64,000 bases of DNA from Octopus bimaculoides (GCF_001194135.2 NC_068982.1:183133588-183197587), one strand, 5' to 3'. Shown: positions 1-13,572, numbered from the stretch's first letter. Made by a program: numbers and translations. Notes: a model not told the origin generated them from the sequence alone.

Positions 1-1162
1 ATAAAAATAATTATTTGTAATGGCAAATAATAAGTAAATAATAACAACAACAATGATAATTATAATAATTTCATCATTATTTCCACAAGAGTGATGAATG
101 AAGGGACATTACAGAAATAGGATACCAAAAAACGTGGGTATTTATACTGAAATCAAATGAATAAGGTTTGTTCAATGCAGACTGATGTGAAGATAAACAA
201 CATTATAATTAATTAATATATAAACTATAATCAGTTCCTACAGACAAAATCAATCCATTCATTCTAACTGAATATTCATATATCTCTGAAGGAGTGTTTT
301 AACATGACTGCTCTATCAAATTTGAAAACTCATCTCTGTATTTCAATCTCTGCCATATTATTATATCAATGATGTAGCATGGTGCTGATAACCCTTTTTC
401 CATGACACAAAGCTTGACATGAAAGTCCAGGAGCTAATTACCTGTACACCAAATCCTACCTGAGTATCTGTGCTTTCCTTTGAATATTTGCTCTCTTTCT
501 CTCTGTCTGTCTGTGTCTCTCTCTCTCTCTCTCTCTCTCAACAATACCCATAGTGAGTCCCTACATCACTTTTATAATTGAAAGGCAAGCACAGACACTC
601 TTAACCTTTTAGCATTTAAAGCAACCCTAACAGACCCAACTATTGTACCTGTTTTATGTTAAAATTGGCCAGATCTAGCCTTTTACACCTACCCTACAAT
701 GTCATTATAAAAATAATCAATCATATCATCAAAATCTTGAAGTTACAATATTATACACAACTAATTCAAAACAATGAATAAATAAGCATTACATTTGACA
801 GAATAATCCGAATGCTACAGGATTAAATCTTGTGCCTCTGATATCACAGAATAATATTAAAAATGTTGAGCATCCTTATGGATTTCAACAGCAGGTGTCA
901 GTACCTGTGATAAGTATAGCTGCTACAGTTTGTCTGTGGGTGATATACAAGTAATTTCTATGCTAAAGATGGTCCCATTCATCTAGTCAAAAGCTCTACA
1001 GACAGTTTATAACTATGACAAGATTAGATGACTATCTAGGTAACACAGGTACAAACACATGGCAACTATCCACAAATCCAATCTCTTCATAATGCCTATA
1101 GTACAACTAAGACTATTTGAACACATGACATAATGGATCAAATATTTTATATGACACGTTAT

Positions 1163-1478
1163 TGGAAGCATTCGAGCGAGATTGTTGCCAGTGGCGATGG
1201 ACTGGCTCCTGTGCAGGTGACACGTAAAAGACACCATTTCGAGCGTGGCCGTCGCCAGTACCCGCCTGACTGGCCCTCGTGCCGGTGGCACGTAAAAGCA
1301 CCCACTACACTCTCGGAATGGTTGGCGTTAGGAAGGGCATCCAGCTGTAGAAATTCTGCCAAATCAGATTGGAGCCTGGTGTGACCACCTGGTTCACCAG
1401 TCCACAGTCAAACCGTCCAACCCATGCCAGCATGGAAAGCGGACGTTAAACGATGATGATGATGATGATGATGATGAT
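1163..1478 (+). mobile_element. Short RTE-tail retroposon (SINE-like), low divergence
   Basis: Internal tandem duplication of the gccagt...gactggc...gtggcacgtaaaagcacc block, then the RTE 3' tail and (GAT)n. Highly similar to 63133-63444. Older copies at ~37620-37860, ~41235-41450 and ~50780-51052. Confidence 0.8.
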
Positions 1479-2115
1479 ATTGTTGTTTAGCCCAAAGTCA
1501 ACCTTGATTAAGCAGACCCAAGCATTCCAGACGTGAGATATGACCATCCAATATTCTTCCCAAACACAGTGCACCCACAAGCTCCAATGTGTCATGCTTA
1601 TGTCACCAATTAGTTAGACAATTAATTAACCAAGAGAATCTAAAATTATCAAGAGAATAAAAACAAAAAAGAACAAAGAAATTACTCCCTAAGATTTTTC
1701 AACAAAACAAACTATTTACGAAAGACAATCTTTACATCCATCTTAACATGGATGTATTGTTAGAGTGCTGGATACTACATTATTTACCTTGAGGACTTCT
1801 CATATGAATGCATGGTGCATAAAAGCACACATACTTATATCACTAGTAGACAAGAACTGCCAAGTCATATAATTTGCCTTTTGTTATTACTACTGCTTCT
1901 GTCACTTTTATTCTTTTACTTTTCAGTCATTTGACCGGGGCCATGCTGGAGCACCGTCTTTAGTCGAGCAAATCTACCCCAGGACTTATTCTTTGTAAGC
2001 CTAGTACTTATTCTATTGGCCTAATAATTGCTCATTCCATCACTAATAATTACTTTTTAATAAGCCTGCAGGCTATTTGTGTCATTAGTACCTGAAAAGC
2101 CACTGAAATTGTATA

Positions 2116-3008
2116 CAAAGTAGGTATCCAAAAGTAAATGGAAACATTCCCTGTGGGATAAAGCCCATAGTAATTCAGGCTTCCACTGCTAGAAGCCACT
2201 TGATGCGATCCTCAGGCATCAGTTCACTGACTGGCAGCATCAGGTGGGGTTGTACTGTCACATGGTGCATTGTTGTTTTGTAGCACTTCTTCCCTTGTTC
2301 ATCGATTTTTGCAATGGCTGAAATGAAGGAACAGCATGCTTTCATGAAATTCTGTTTTCCACTGGGGAAAACAGCGACTGAAACATTTGTCATGCTTCAA
2401 ACAGCTTACAGGGACGCTGCCATGAGTAAAACACTAATTTGTGAGTAGTTTTCACTCTTTAGGGATGGTCACTTGTCGCTTGTAGACAACCTCGTTCAGA
2501 GCAACTGTCAAACTCCCGAACAAATGAAAACATCACAAAAATTCATGAACTGGTCTTAGAAGACCATCATTGAACAATTGACAAACTTGTTGATATGACT
2601 GGTGTGCCCTGGAACTCCTGCTAATGAATTTTGAGCAAGGAATTGCGAATGAAAAAAATTGCAACAAAATATGTGCCTTGCCTGTTCATAACTGAGTGCA
2701 TGTCATGAACTGAAAGAACAGTTGCAAGTTGATCCAGGCTTTTTGAAGGTCATCATTGGTGATGAAAGCTGGTGCTATAGAATTTGCAGATGTGGAAGAG
2801 GTGAAGCAAAAAAAAAAAAATCAATGAAGGTTTTCAAAGGCATCTCTTCGCAAGAGTTCTAACACTGCTTTGAACAGTGGATAATGCATCTGGACTGATG
2901 CATTGCTTCAAATGGAGAATACTTTGAAGGTGATAAAAGTGTAAACATGTAAAACTAAGTGAATAAAATAACATTGCAAAATTCCAGTTTCTTTTGGATA
3001 ACCCCTTG
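2116..3008 (+). mobile_element. Internally deleted mariner (Tc1/mariner) DNA transposon with decayed transposase
   Basis: TA flanks at 2114-2115 and 3009-3010. Imperfect ~30-bp TIRs (caaagtaggtatccaaaagtaaatggaa / ttccagtttcttttggataaccccttg). From ATG 2314 it reads MAEMKEQHAFMKFCFPLGKTATETFVMLQTAY..., then GDESWCY at ~2758, then the C-terminal CIASNGEYFEGD, with stops and frameshifts. Confidence 0.9.
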
Positions 3009-3054
3009 TATATCATTGAGAGTGAGATTTGACTAGTATGCAGCTATCACACAT

Positions 3055-3100
3055 CTGCCACTGAAGAGACAGAGCATGTCGAAATCACATGACCTGGCAG
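3055..3100 (+). ncRNA. Type I hammerhead ribozyme-like fold with one core deviation (U16.1 to C)
   Basis: CTGCCA-CTGAAGA-GACA-GAGCA-TGTC-GAA-A-TCA-CA-TGA-C-C-TGGCAG gives a perfect 6-bp stem I, the CUGANGA box, a 4-bp stem II, the GAAA box and a 3-bp stem III. The cleavage triplet is ACC rather than NUH. Confidence 0.65.
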
Positions 3101-3883
3101 TTCTGATACCTGTAGCAGACAATTCTTGTTTGTCAGCGATATAAATAGGCATGCTTTATGCACCAGATGTCCATATGAGACATCTTGTAAAAATAAATAA
3201 CAGAGTATTCTATACTTTAATAGTACATCTATGTTAAGTTGGATATAAAGTTTGCCTTTTAGTACTAATACTGCTTTTGTCACTAATAATTATATATATA
3301 TGAAAGAATTTATTGCAGTGTGAGTTCTAACAAAATATTCCAGTGTCTCTCAGAAACTTATTTTTAAATGAATGGATGACAGTAGAAGAAACACAAAGAC
3401 AATAAAAGTTCAACAATCTCACCAGTTTTGAAATTTATAGACTTCACTCCATACATGCATATATGTATACATAATAAGTAATACACATAAATACATATAT
3501 CCATACATAAATATATATACATACATAGATATATATATGCATGTATATATATAAATAATAGGAGTTTATACAAACAAAAATAATAGAAATAGAGTACTCA
3601 ATACAATATTAGATTGAAATAAAATATAATATACTCCATTAAAGATAATACATCATTGCTTCTTATTTCATGTCTAGTCAATAACTAAGCAATCTTCAGA
3701 TGAAAAGCAAAACCATTTGCTCAAAAAAAAAAAGCAAAACATATCTGAAAAAACTTCTGGTATTGCATGCATGGTTAAAATATTATAATGGGCATAACTC
3801 ATGTATATAAGAAGGAAGTGTTATTTCCTTTGAGTAATTAGAGAATTATAGAATTTAGAAAATAATAATTTCATGTATATAAA

Positions 3884-3940
<57 letters not shown>

Positions 3941-5897
3941 AAAAAATAAACATAAAATAAGAATATTAAAAATTAAAATTTAAAGAAATAGAAAAAAACA
4001 GTGGGGAACATAAGTAAAAGAGCATGGGAATTTATCAGAAAATATAGGGGGCTACAAAGGGTATGATTTGAGGAAGGGCAATTAATGGCGAAAACAAGAA
4101 GAGTAAAAATAGAGAGGTATCCACCTAAACTGTTATATAAAAAGATAACAGTATCTACAGTTACAAAATGAAGAGTGTTTAATAATTAATTATTGATCTA
4201 TTTAATCAGATAGTGATGTGGTAATCTAATTTTTAGGAGGTATTTTTCAAAGTGGTAGCATTTAGTAAAAATTTCTGATCTTGCATTTGGATAATTAACA
4301 GATTTGCTAGGTTTTTTCAGTTTTTTTAGTAATACATAATTTGCATTGTTTTGCCACATTTCTATGTTATCTGCTTCACTGAAGGTTTTCCACTGGATAT
4401 TGAAATCTGTAAATTAGTAAGTAGCATGTTCTTTCAAATTCCATATATAACTGGATAATTATGTTTAATTTTTCTTTTCTATATATCTGAAGGGAGAAGT
4501 ACAACTGAGATATAATTATTTAAATTTACATTCCAACCTACCTACACATAAGTTTCACTCTGTACTAAGGTTTAGTTTGGTGGAGGTGACTTAATAGATA
4601 TGTGCACGTGTGCACACATAACTGATAATGTGCTTATATATTTATTCAAGAAAACTCAAATGGTAAGGTTTTAAGATACTTTATAAATCTTCATTGTATC
4701 GCTAATTGAATGGATCTGGAGCATGTAAGTTAGATTACATTGTTCTAAAAGGAAATCATAAACATATATATGTGGTTATGACCAACCAATTCTACCTATA
4801 GGCTTCACCAAACTAACAAAATGCCCAGTATAATATAGCTTGTAACTAGATCCTACAACTGAGATATGAAAAGAGACACAAAATAAAATCCTATAAGTTC
4901 AATAGAACAGTGAAGATCTGAAAGCCCTGTCAAAATTCTATTGGTTTAAATAATATTTAACATAATTTTACACACATATACATGTATATACCTACACACA
5001 CATATATATAAACACACAAACATACATTCATATATATATATATGTGAACATACGAACCTCTATATGCATACACTTATGGAGACAAATAAATATTACAATA
5101 TAAACACTACACAAACAACAGAAGTGCAGGATTTCAGATGCTGAATATATAACTATTAGTTAATGGTTTCAATTTCAGTTAGAAGTATCTTCCTGTATCC
5201 ACAGACAATATACAAGATGCATAACACTGTAATCCACTTTTTCATAAATATATTTAGTTTTAGGAAAGAGCATTTGACTATTGGAAGCACAATTCTATGA
5301 ACCAATATTAATGATTGCATTGTTAGAGCTATATATAACTGAAGAATCAGTGTTTTCATTTTAGATGTATTACAATGGCAGGGAGGTCAGTTCTGGACCT
5401 ATGTACCATAGGGTCACAAACGCATCACAATATCTGTGTCAATCTACCTAAAATGCAACAGGTAGTACTGCCTCTTCTTACATGTATGGTTAGCACTAAA
5501 AAGGAGTAACAATATATATATATATATATATATANNNNNNNNNNNNNNNNNNNNNNNNNNNNNNNNNNNNNNNNNNNNNNNNNNNNNNNNNNNNNNNNNN
5601 NNNNNNNNNNNNNNNNNNNNNNNNNNNNNNNNNNNNNNNNNNNNNNNNNNNNAAATTGGATATTAATTCAATTAACACCAATCTAAAACCAGTGGCCTAG
5701 CATAAAGAAAATTCTGAAAATTCAGAAAAATTATATTACATACATGAGAAAGGATGACCACAAAATGGACATCCATTACGCTAGAGATAGACCATTTACG
5801 GTCAAACCACAAAAGAAAAGAATGTTCTCTAGGGAAATTCAGCACACACTAGAACATGAATGGGCAAGGCAAATGAAATATACAAAAATAAAGAATT

Positions 5898-5978
5898 AAT
5901 CGTAGACCAGGTTTCGCACATTAATGGATAAATGTAATTTTTACTTACATAACCCATCCAAGGTTCATCAGTACGACT
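5898..5978 (-). ncRNA. Type I hammerhead ribozyme-like fold with extended stem II
   Basis: Minus strand reads AGTCGTA-CTGATGA-ACCT-TGGATGG-GTT-ATGTAA-GTAAAAA-TTACAT-TTATCCA-TTAATGTGC-GAAAC-CTG-GTC-TACGATT. Stem I is 7 bp (one G-U), both core boxes and a GUC triplet are present, and stem II has 13 distal bp. The base of stem II lacks the G10.1-C11.1 pair. Confidence 0.5.
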
Positions 5979-6259
5979 GTTCAATTCAATATAATTTGCA
6001 GAACAATACACGGATTGTCCACATAAAATTAGACATGAGTACAGTTCTACCGATTACATTGGAGTTATTTTTCAAAAGTCTCAGCTCTTAGCGTGCCAGA
6101 GTAAATAATGTAGTCAGTGTTTAGGATTAACACAGACGAAACTCTGATACATAGATTTATATACACTCTGTAATGTCCATCAGAGGACAGAACTGATTTA
6201 TATCACACGTAGTATCACTATTCTACTAAACAGTAAACCTTCTGCAATGTTCTCCAGAT

Positions 6260-7099
6260 CAGTGGCTCTCAACCAGGAAGCAAATGTCTCCAGTGGATCA
6301 TTTTTTTATAGTTAGAGTGCCACTTGAAGAAAAGGAATATTTTGTGACATGGAATGTTCTGAGGTTGCCACTCATAAATTTAATTGTGAGAATATATGAT
6401 CCCTTTGTCATAATCCTCATATTTCATTGGGCTAATTTCAACAACATAATATTGTGCATTATATCAGTTTAATAACCTAATACTATCTAGCTGCTAGTCA
6501 ACATTTCAATTGTTTACTGTTATTTGCTACTATCTTGCGACTAACATTTATGACAATATTTTATTATATTGTACTATCTACTGACCATTACAATAGTTTT
6601 GCTACTTTGCACTACTGTCTAGCTACTAAACAACATTACAATAGTTTATTACTATGTACTACTAATCTAGCTAATAAAGCTAAAATGCAAGACAATCACA
6701 TAGAAATAAAAGTATTTAACATTTTTATGACAATCCACAAAGAATAAAATAATGCAATACTGGACATTAATATATCTTTTATGTTTTAAAATTATACATA
6801 TTTTTTATATTTTTAAATAGAGTGTATGTAATTAAATTTAATTTTTGGCAGTTAGTTTATTCTTGTACTAAACAACTATGTCTTTTTAGAATTGTGCTTG
6901 CAACTACATATTTTTATCTTAATGGAAATGGTTGGTTTTGTAAGCTGCTACAAAGACTTTGTTCTTAAACAATATAGCTGTAATTAATAAACAATGCAAT
7001 GATAAATTATTTTAAATTATTAGCTTCTATGAGAAGGTCAGTGAGGTAATTTGGGCTCAGAATTTGGGGCCATAAGCAAAAAATTGTTGAGAAGCACTG
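6260..7099. mobile_element. Non-autonomous hAT (Charlie-like) element, ~840 bp
   Basis: Termini cagtggctctcaac ... gttgagaagcactg are inverted. The 8-bp flanks ctccagat / ctctgaat match at 5 of 8 positions and resemble the NTCTAGAN Charlie target consensus. Confidence 0.6.
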
Positions 7100-8262
7100 C
7101 TCTGAATGACATACACAGCAGTATATCACCTTAACACTCTACAGTATATACTAAATGGTATATACAATCTACAGTAGATACTAAATGGTATGTATTGTTG
7201 TATACTATACTTTACACAATGTAATGTACACGAAATGACATACAGGGCTTAATACACTATGCAATGTGCACAAGATGTATACAGTACTGTACTATACACT
7301 CTGTAGTATATGCTAACTGATAGACACTGCTGTACAGAACACTATATAATATGCAGTTTGCTCTAAATTACATAAATTACTTTACTGTATACAGACTGCA
7401 GTATGCACCAAATGATACATACTGTTGTGCACATTCTGTTATGTACACTAGATGACAGATAAATCCACCTCTGGGTAGATTGATATACCACCAGCAGAGG
7501 TAATTTCTAGCTTTCTATTCTCGCGTTGAACAATGAAAAATTCCTTGTCAAAGAAACAAGAAACATGTCAGACACAGGATGTGAACTCTCACAATACAAC
7601 AGTTGGTAGTTACATTGTTTTAATTACCTGGCCATGTTGCTAACCCTGTCCACTTGATAGTGGCATGGAAAGATATGAAGAATGAGTAACAATGACAACA
7701 ACAGTAACAACAACATCAACAAACAACTGGTGATGAAGATTCTATGTAGTCAACATGCTTCAATGCAATCTCCTGAAATTCCTTAATATACTTCCTAGAA
7801 TTTCAAATATAAAATCGATATGAGTGAGGGGAGGAGCTTTGACATGGAGATTTTTAGACAAATCCCTTTGCAACAAAACTCCCTACCTACTCTAAAGCAG
7901 GGACCACTAGTTCTTTGTCTTAAATGTTAGGACAGCATGTCCCCTCACACACAGTAATGGCAGGGATGGCCACCACTAGAAGTTCAAATTAAAACATTCT
8001 GCTGTCTAGTGGCAATATGATGATGACATAAGGTAGCTTGAAAGCTTGAAGCTGAGCTGACCTTTGCTAGCTACTCAACAACAACAATAACAACAACAAC
8101 AACACACACAAACGAACAATTAAGTGAGAGAAAAGAGCTCATAGATTGACCAAAGTTTGATACAGTGGCTGCTTCTAGTGAAACACTAAAGAGTGTTGGT
8201 GTGCAAGGGAAGGAATAAGATGGAATAGATGAGTGTAGGAGGAGGAGGAGGAAAATTCTTAC

Positions 8263-8319
8263 ATTGATCTGTTCATCGCCCTCACCAGTCAGTCGCCGAT
8301 GATCCTCAAACCGTTTTAC
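8263..8319 (-). CDS. SASH1: Internal coding exon (57 nt, phase 0 to 0) of the SASH1-like gene: VKRFEDHRRLTGEGDEQIN
   Basis: Minus strand reads tttttctacatag|GTAAAACGG...ATCAAT|gtaaga. Phase matches the 29726 donor. The join EHALEV-VKRFEDHRR parallels recalled SASH1 EEALARLKEYEAQHR. Confidence 0.75.
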
Positions 8320-8689
8320 CTATGTAGAAAAATCAACTTGGTAAGCACCATTGCTTTGAAGGAGGTTTTTTTTTATGGGTGGCGTAGTGGCTTTTTTTTT
8401 TTTTTTTTTGAAAATATCATACCTAAATATCATACCTTAACTGTAATTAATATAGATCATTATTATGATTAAAATTAGTTTTAGCACTTCTAGAAATATC
8501 AGAAATAAGTTAACATTACGATATTAAAAAATTATTATAAATATTATCATTATTTACTATTATTCAGTTATTTCAATATTTTAATGATTATTTTAATATT
8601 ATTTTACTATTGTAATTATCATTGTAGTTGTCATCATCACTACTACTGCTGTTGCTACTGATATTACAGTTACTACTTATCATCAACAT

Positions 8690-8941
8690 CACCATCATCA
8701 TCAGTGTTGTTATCTTCATTATTAGAGGATTAGACAAAGTGGTTTGTAGTATCTTTTCCAAGCCTTTTTTATGTTCTGAGTTCAAATCCCACTAGGTTAA
8801 CATTTTCTTTCACTCTTTCAGGATTAATAACATAAAGTACTAATTAAGTACTGGGATCATTATTGTCAATTAGCTACTGTTCCCAAATTACTGGTCTTGA
8901 ACCTAAATTAGAAAGAATTATCATCATCATCATCATCATCA

Positions 8942-9002
<61 letters not shown>

Positions 9003-9258
9003 GGTAGCAAGCTGGCAGAATCATTGGCATGCCTAACAAGATGCTTAGCGGCATTTTCTGCCCATCTTCATGATCTGGGTTCTATTCAGGTCCACTTTGC
9101 CTTTTGTGCTTTCAGGGTCAATAAAATAAGTACCAGTTGCATACTGGGGGTTAATGTAATTCTCTAACCCCCTCCCTCAAAATTTCTGGTCTTGTGCCTA
9201 TAGTAGAAAGGATTATTATCATTACTCTAGACAGTACAGTGGCAGCAGCAGCAGTAGT

Positions 9259-9290
<32 letters not shown>

Positions 9291-9849
9291 AGACAGTGGA
9301 TTGGCAGAATCATTAGAGCAACAGATAAAATGCCTTGTGGTATTTAGTTACATCCATTTACATTTTGATTTCAGTTCCCACTTAGGTTCAACTTTACTTT
9401 TGTCTGACCTTGCGTTAGTAATTATTACTGTTTTGTAGTATTTCACCCAAACTCTTTACATCCTCAGTTCAAATTCCACCAAAGTCAACTTTGTCTTTCA
9501 TCCTATCAGGGATCAATAAAATAAAGGAACAGATGGTGTCGACTAATCCACTCCATCAACTACCCCTCACCCCTGCCCCAAAAAAGTGAAAATAAAAATT
9601 GCTGGCTTTGTGCCAAAATTAGAAATCCTTAAGACGACAAGCTGGTAGAATCATTAGTGTGTTGGACAAAATGCTTAATGGTATTTCTTCCAGCTCTTTA
9701 CATTTTGAGTTCAAACTCTGCCAAGGTTGATTCTGCCTTTCATCCTTTTGGGGCTTGATAAAATAAGTACCAGTTGAGCACTGGGGTAGAAGTTATCGAT
9801 TTATGCTGATCCCCTAAAATTGCTGGCCTTGTACCAAACATTGCAAAGA

Positions 9850-9903
<54 letters not shown>

Positions 9904-10453
9904 GTTATTATTATTGTTGAGTGAGAGAGCAGTGCATGCCATCAAAGTGACACTGGAGTAAAATATGCGAAGCCCAGTATACCCATCATGACTACCATCT
10001 GATAAAGGTACACCAGACACATTGCATCACAACCATATGTGTGACATAGTGATCTCATATCAAGATAAACAGTGCATGACTTCACAGGTGGGGCCTAGTT
10101 AGAATTTTCTTCAGGTTGAGTAACCCATCCCGCTCAAAAGGTCCCTGAATAAGGGTTGTTTAAGGATGTTACGAACCAACCAAACCCCAAAGAATTTCTC
10201 TCAACACATGGCTATGATGCTCCCCCACTACTTCTGCACATGATCAGAGATGCACATATCAGTCACTAAGAGACATGCTCAACTGGTTAAGGTCAAACAA
10301 CTGACAAGCAAATATGTGATATTGAGCAGAATATTTGCTGTAGCCCATCTTTTGCACCAAGACAAAACAATGTACATGATAACATTTCCAATCAGTTAAG
10401 ATCAGAAGCCATGAGAGCCACTGCCTGGTACTGCACCAGGGCATTTATAATTA

Positions 10454-10484
<31 letters not shown>

Positions 10485-11912
10485 TATATTAATGTTTTGC
10501 AACTTAGAACATGTGAGAATGAAGCTCAATGAGCTTCTTTAGTGAGCCAGGTTCAGAATTCAGCATCATCCTCTTTCAGTCCGATTCTGCTGTTGAGAAA
10601 GGTATATAAGTCGGAACAGACTATTAAATCTGCAGACATGTGTTTAAATTCGACAACATTATTGCTATTCATTGCTACTTAGATAGGTACAAGATCAAAA
10701 GTGAAGAAGAGAGGGAAAAGATCAACCCAGGCTATGTTTAATCCTAGTACATGAGAGGAGAGAGAGAAAGAGAAAGAGAGAGATCAAGCAAGGGTGTAAC
10801 AGGTATTAATGGTTAAAAGGGACAACTCTACACATGATATAACTGGTATTCATGTTTGTCAGGTAAAGTTAAGCTCTATAGGGGTTTGAACTCAGAATGA
10901 CAATGAGAAATCTAAATGATGCAATATATTTGATTTCACATGTTAGTATTCTTCTCAGAGCACCACGTAACTGTTAATCATAGGCAAATTATTAGCAATT
11001 TGGTGGAGTGGGGATCGGTCAGTTATATCAGACCCCAATACTTTGTTTCATTGACCCCAGAAGAAAGAAAGACGATGTAGGCATTGGCAGAATATGAATT
11101 AAGAATCTAAACAGTTGAAAAAAAAAAAGGCATTTTTGTCTGTTGCTCTAGTTATTCTGTCAATCTGGAAACATATCAATCACAAGCATGACTCTTTCTG
11201 ATTTTGACACAAGACCAGCAATTTTAAGGGGAGAGCAAAAAGATTTAACTGATAACAGTGTTCAACTGGTGCTTATTTACCAACCCCAAAAAGATGAAAG
11301 GCAAAGTTGAATTCAGTGACATTTGAACACAAATTGTAAAGAAGCAGAAAAAAAGGTGTCAAGCATTTTGTCCAGCATGGTAACGACTGTATCAGCTCAC
11401 CACCTTAATAATGATAATAACAATCCTTTCTATTATAGACACAAGGTCTGAAATTGTTGGGGAGGAGATTAGTCGTTTACATCGACCCCAGTGTTTTACT
11501 GGTATTTAATTTATCGACTCTGAAAGGATGAAAGGCAAAGTCGACCTCAGCAGAACTGGAACTCAGAACGAACCGACAGACAAAATACTGCTAAGAATTT
11601 CACCTGGCTTGCTAACGATTCTGCTAGCTTGCCACCTTCACTTTAATAATACTAATAGCAATGGTTTCATACTATGGCACAAGGCCAGCAATTTCAAGGA
11701 AATGGGTAAGTCAATTACATCAACCCCAGTGCTCAACTCGTATTTATTTCATCAACAAGGCAAAGTCAACCTCCACAGAATTTGAACACGGTACATGAAG
11801 ATGACTAGAATGCTGCTTAGCATTTTGTCTGATGTACAAACAATTCTGCCAGTTTGCCACCTCATTAATGATGATGACGATGACGATGACGATGACGATG
11901 ATGATGATGGTG

Positions 11913-11971
<59 letters not shown>

Positions 11972-13000
11972 CCTGATGCAGTATCAAGCAATGGCTCTCA
12001 TGGCTTCTGATCTTAACTGATTGGAAGTGTTATCATGTACATTGTTTTGTTTTGGTCTAAAAGATGGGCTACAGCAAATATTCTGCCCAATACCACAGAT
12101 CTGTTTGTTACTTGTTTGACCTTAACTAGTTGAGCATGTCCCTTGGTGGCTGACAATATGTGTGCTTCAGATCATGTGCAGAAGTAGTTGAGGAGCATCA
12201 TAGCCAGGTGTTGAGAGGAATTCTTTGGGTTTTGAATAATTCACCTCTGGAAACATTGGTGTTTCGTTCAACATCTTTATACAACCTTTATTCAAGGATC
12301 TTTTGAGTGGGATGAGCTACTCAACCTAACGAAAATTCTAACTGGGCCCCACCTGCAAGGTCATGCACTGTTTATCTTGATGTAAGATCACCATGTTGCG
12401 CACATGTGGTTGTGATGCATGTGCCTAGTGTACCCTTATCAGATGAGTAGTCAGGATGGGTATACTGGACTTCATAAATTTTACCCCAGTGTCATTTTGA
12501 TGGCATGCACTGCTCTCTCACTCAATAATAATAATAATCCTTTCTACTATGGGAACAAGTCCTGAGATCTTGGAGGAGGAAAAAGTTGATTACATCAACC
12601 CCAGCACGTAACAGGTACTTATTTCATTGACCCTGAAAGGATGAAAGGCAAAGTCAACCTCAGTAGAATTTGAACTCAAAACGTAAAGACAGACAAAACA
12701 CTGCTCAGCATTTTTCCCATATGCAAACAATTCAGCCAGCTCACCGCTTTATTCATAATAATAATAATAAGAATAACAGTTCCAAATTTTGGCACAAAAT
12801 CAGCACTTTTAATAGGAAAGGGGGCAAGCTAATAACATTGAACCCAGTACATGAGAAGTATTTCTTATTAACTCTTCAGAGATTATAGTCAACTTTCGTG
12901 GATTTGAACTCAGAACGTGAAGCAAGGCATTTTGTCCGATGCTCTAACAATTCTGCCAATCCACCACAAAGATTATGATGGTGGTCGTAGTGGTGGTGAT
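8690..13000. mobile_element. Dense SINE cluster: ~5 plus-strand copies (8690-9850) and ~6 minus-strand copies (10990-12970) of the gagctggcagaa...gcctttcatcc family, separated by (TAA)n/(GAT)n
   Basis: Repeated gagttcaaattcc...gactttgcctttcatcct...gataaaataagtaccagt on +, and gaaaggatgaaaggcaaagtc.acctc..cagaatttgaactcagaa on -. Other copies at ~19715-19910 (-), ~42710-42900 (-) and ~62380-62570 (+). Confidence 0.85.
9917..10446 (+). mobile_element. ~530-bp interspersed repeat; inverted partner at 11970-12525 and terminal fragment at ~41856-41912
   Basis: ttgagtgagagagcagtgcatgccatcaaagtgacactgg ... gatcagaagccatgagagccactgcctggtactgc matches the reverse complement of 11970-12525 along its whole length. 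Confidence 0.85.
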
Positions 13001-13034
13001 GATGGCGATGATGGTGGTGGTGGTGGGGATAATA

Positions 13035-13072
<38 letters not shown>

Positions 13073-13527
13073 TAGCAACAGTAACAACAGAGCAACATAA
13101 TGGTTTAGTTCCTTACATCTGATATGAAAAAGTAAAGAAAGGTTATTTAATTACCAAATTACTTTGCTAACTAATTAATCAGCTGAGTAAATAAGTAGCA
13201 ATTAATTATTTAATTTAAAAATCTACACAATTAATTAAGTAAAAACATGGAAATACAGGATGGTGTTTCATGTTGAGTATACAGCGGGAAAAGGGCTTTA
13301 CACATTGTTTAAACACTCACATACACATGTAGTTCTCCACACACATGAAAATATCCACCAAATAACTACTCATATCAAAATATGTATATAAATGTGTTAA
13401 ACACACAAACTCATTCACACACACACACACATACTCACACATATATGTATATACAATGACACACACACACATTTATACATGTACATGCAATAAAATTTTC
13501 ACATACGTTTTAATACAAACACACAGA

Positions 13528-13572
<45 letters not shown>

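Noticed and set aside
5951-5978. 28-nt exon RTDEPWMGY before a gtaagt donor on the minus strand
   Set aside because: It needs a phase-2 upstream donor, but exon 8263 ends in phase 0. The sequence is better explained as part of the hammerhead-like fold.
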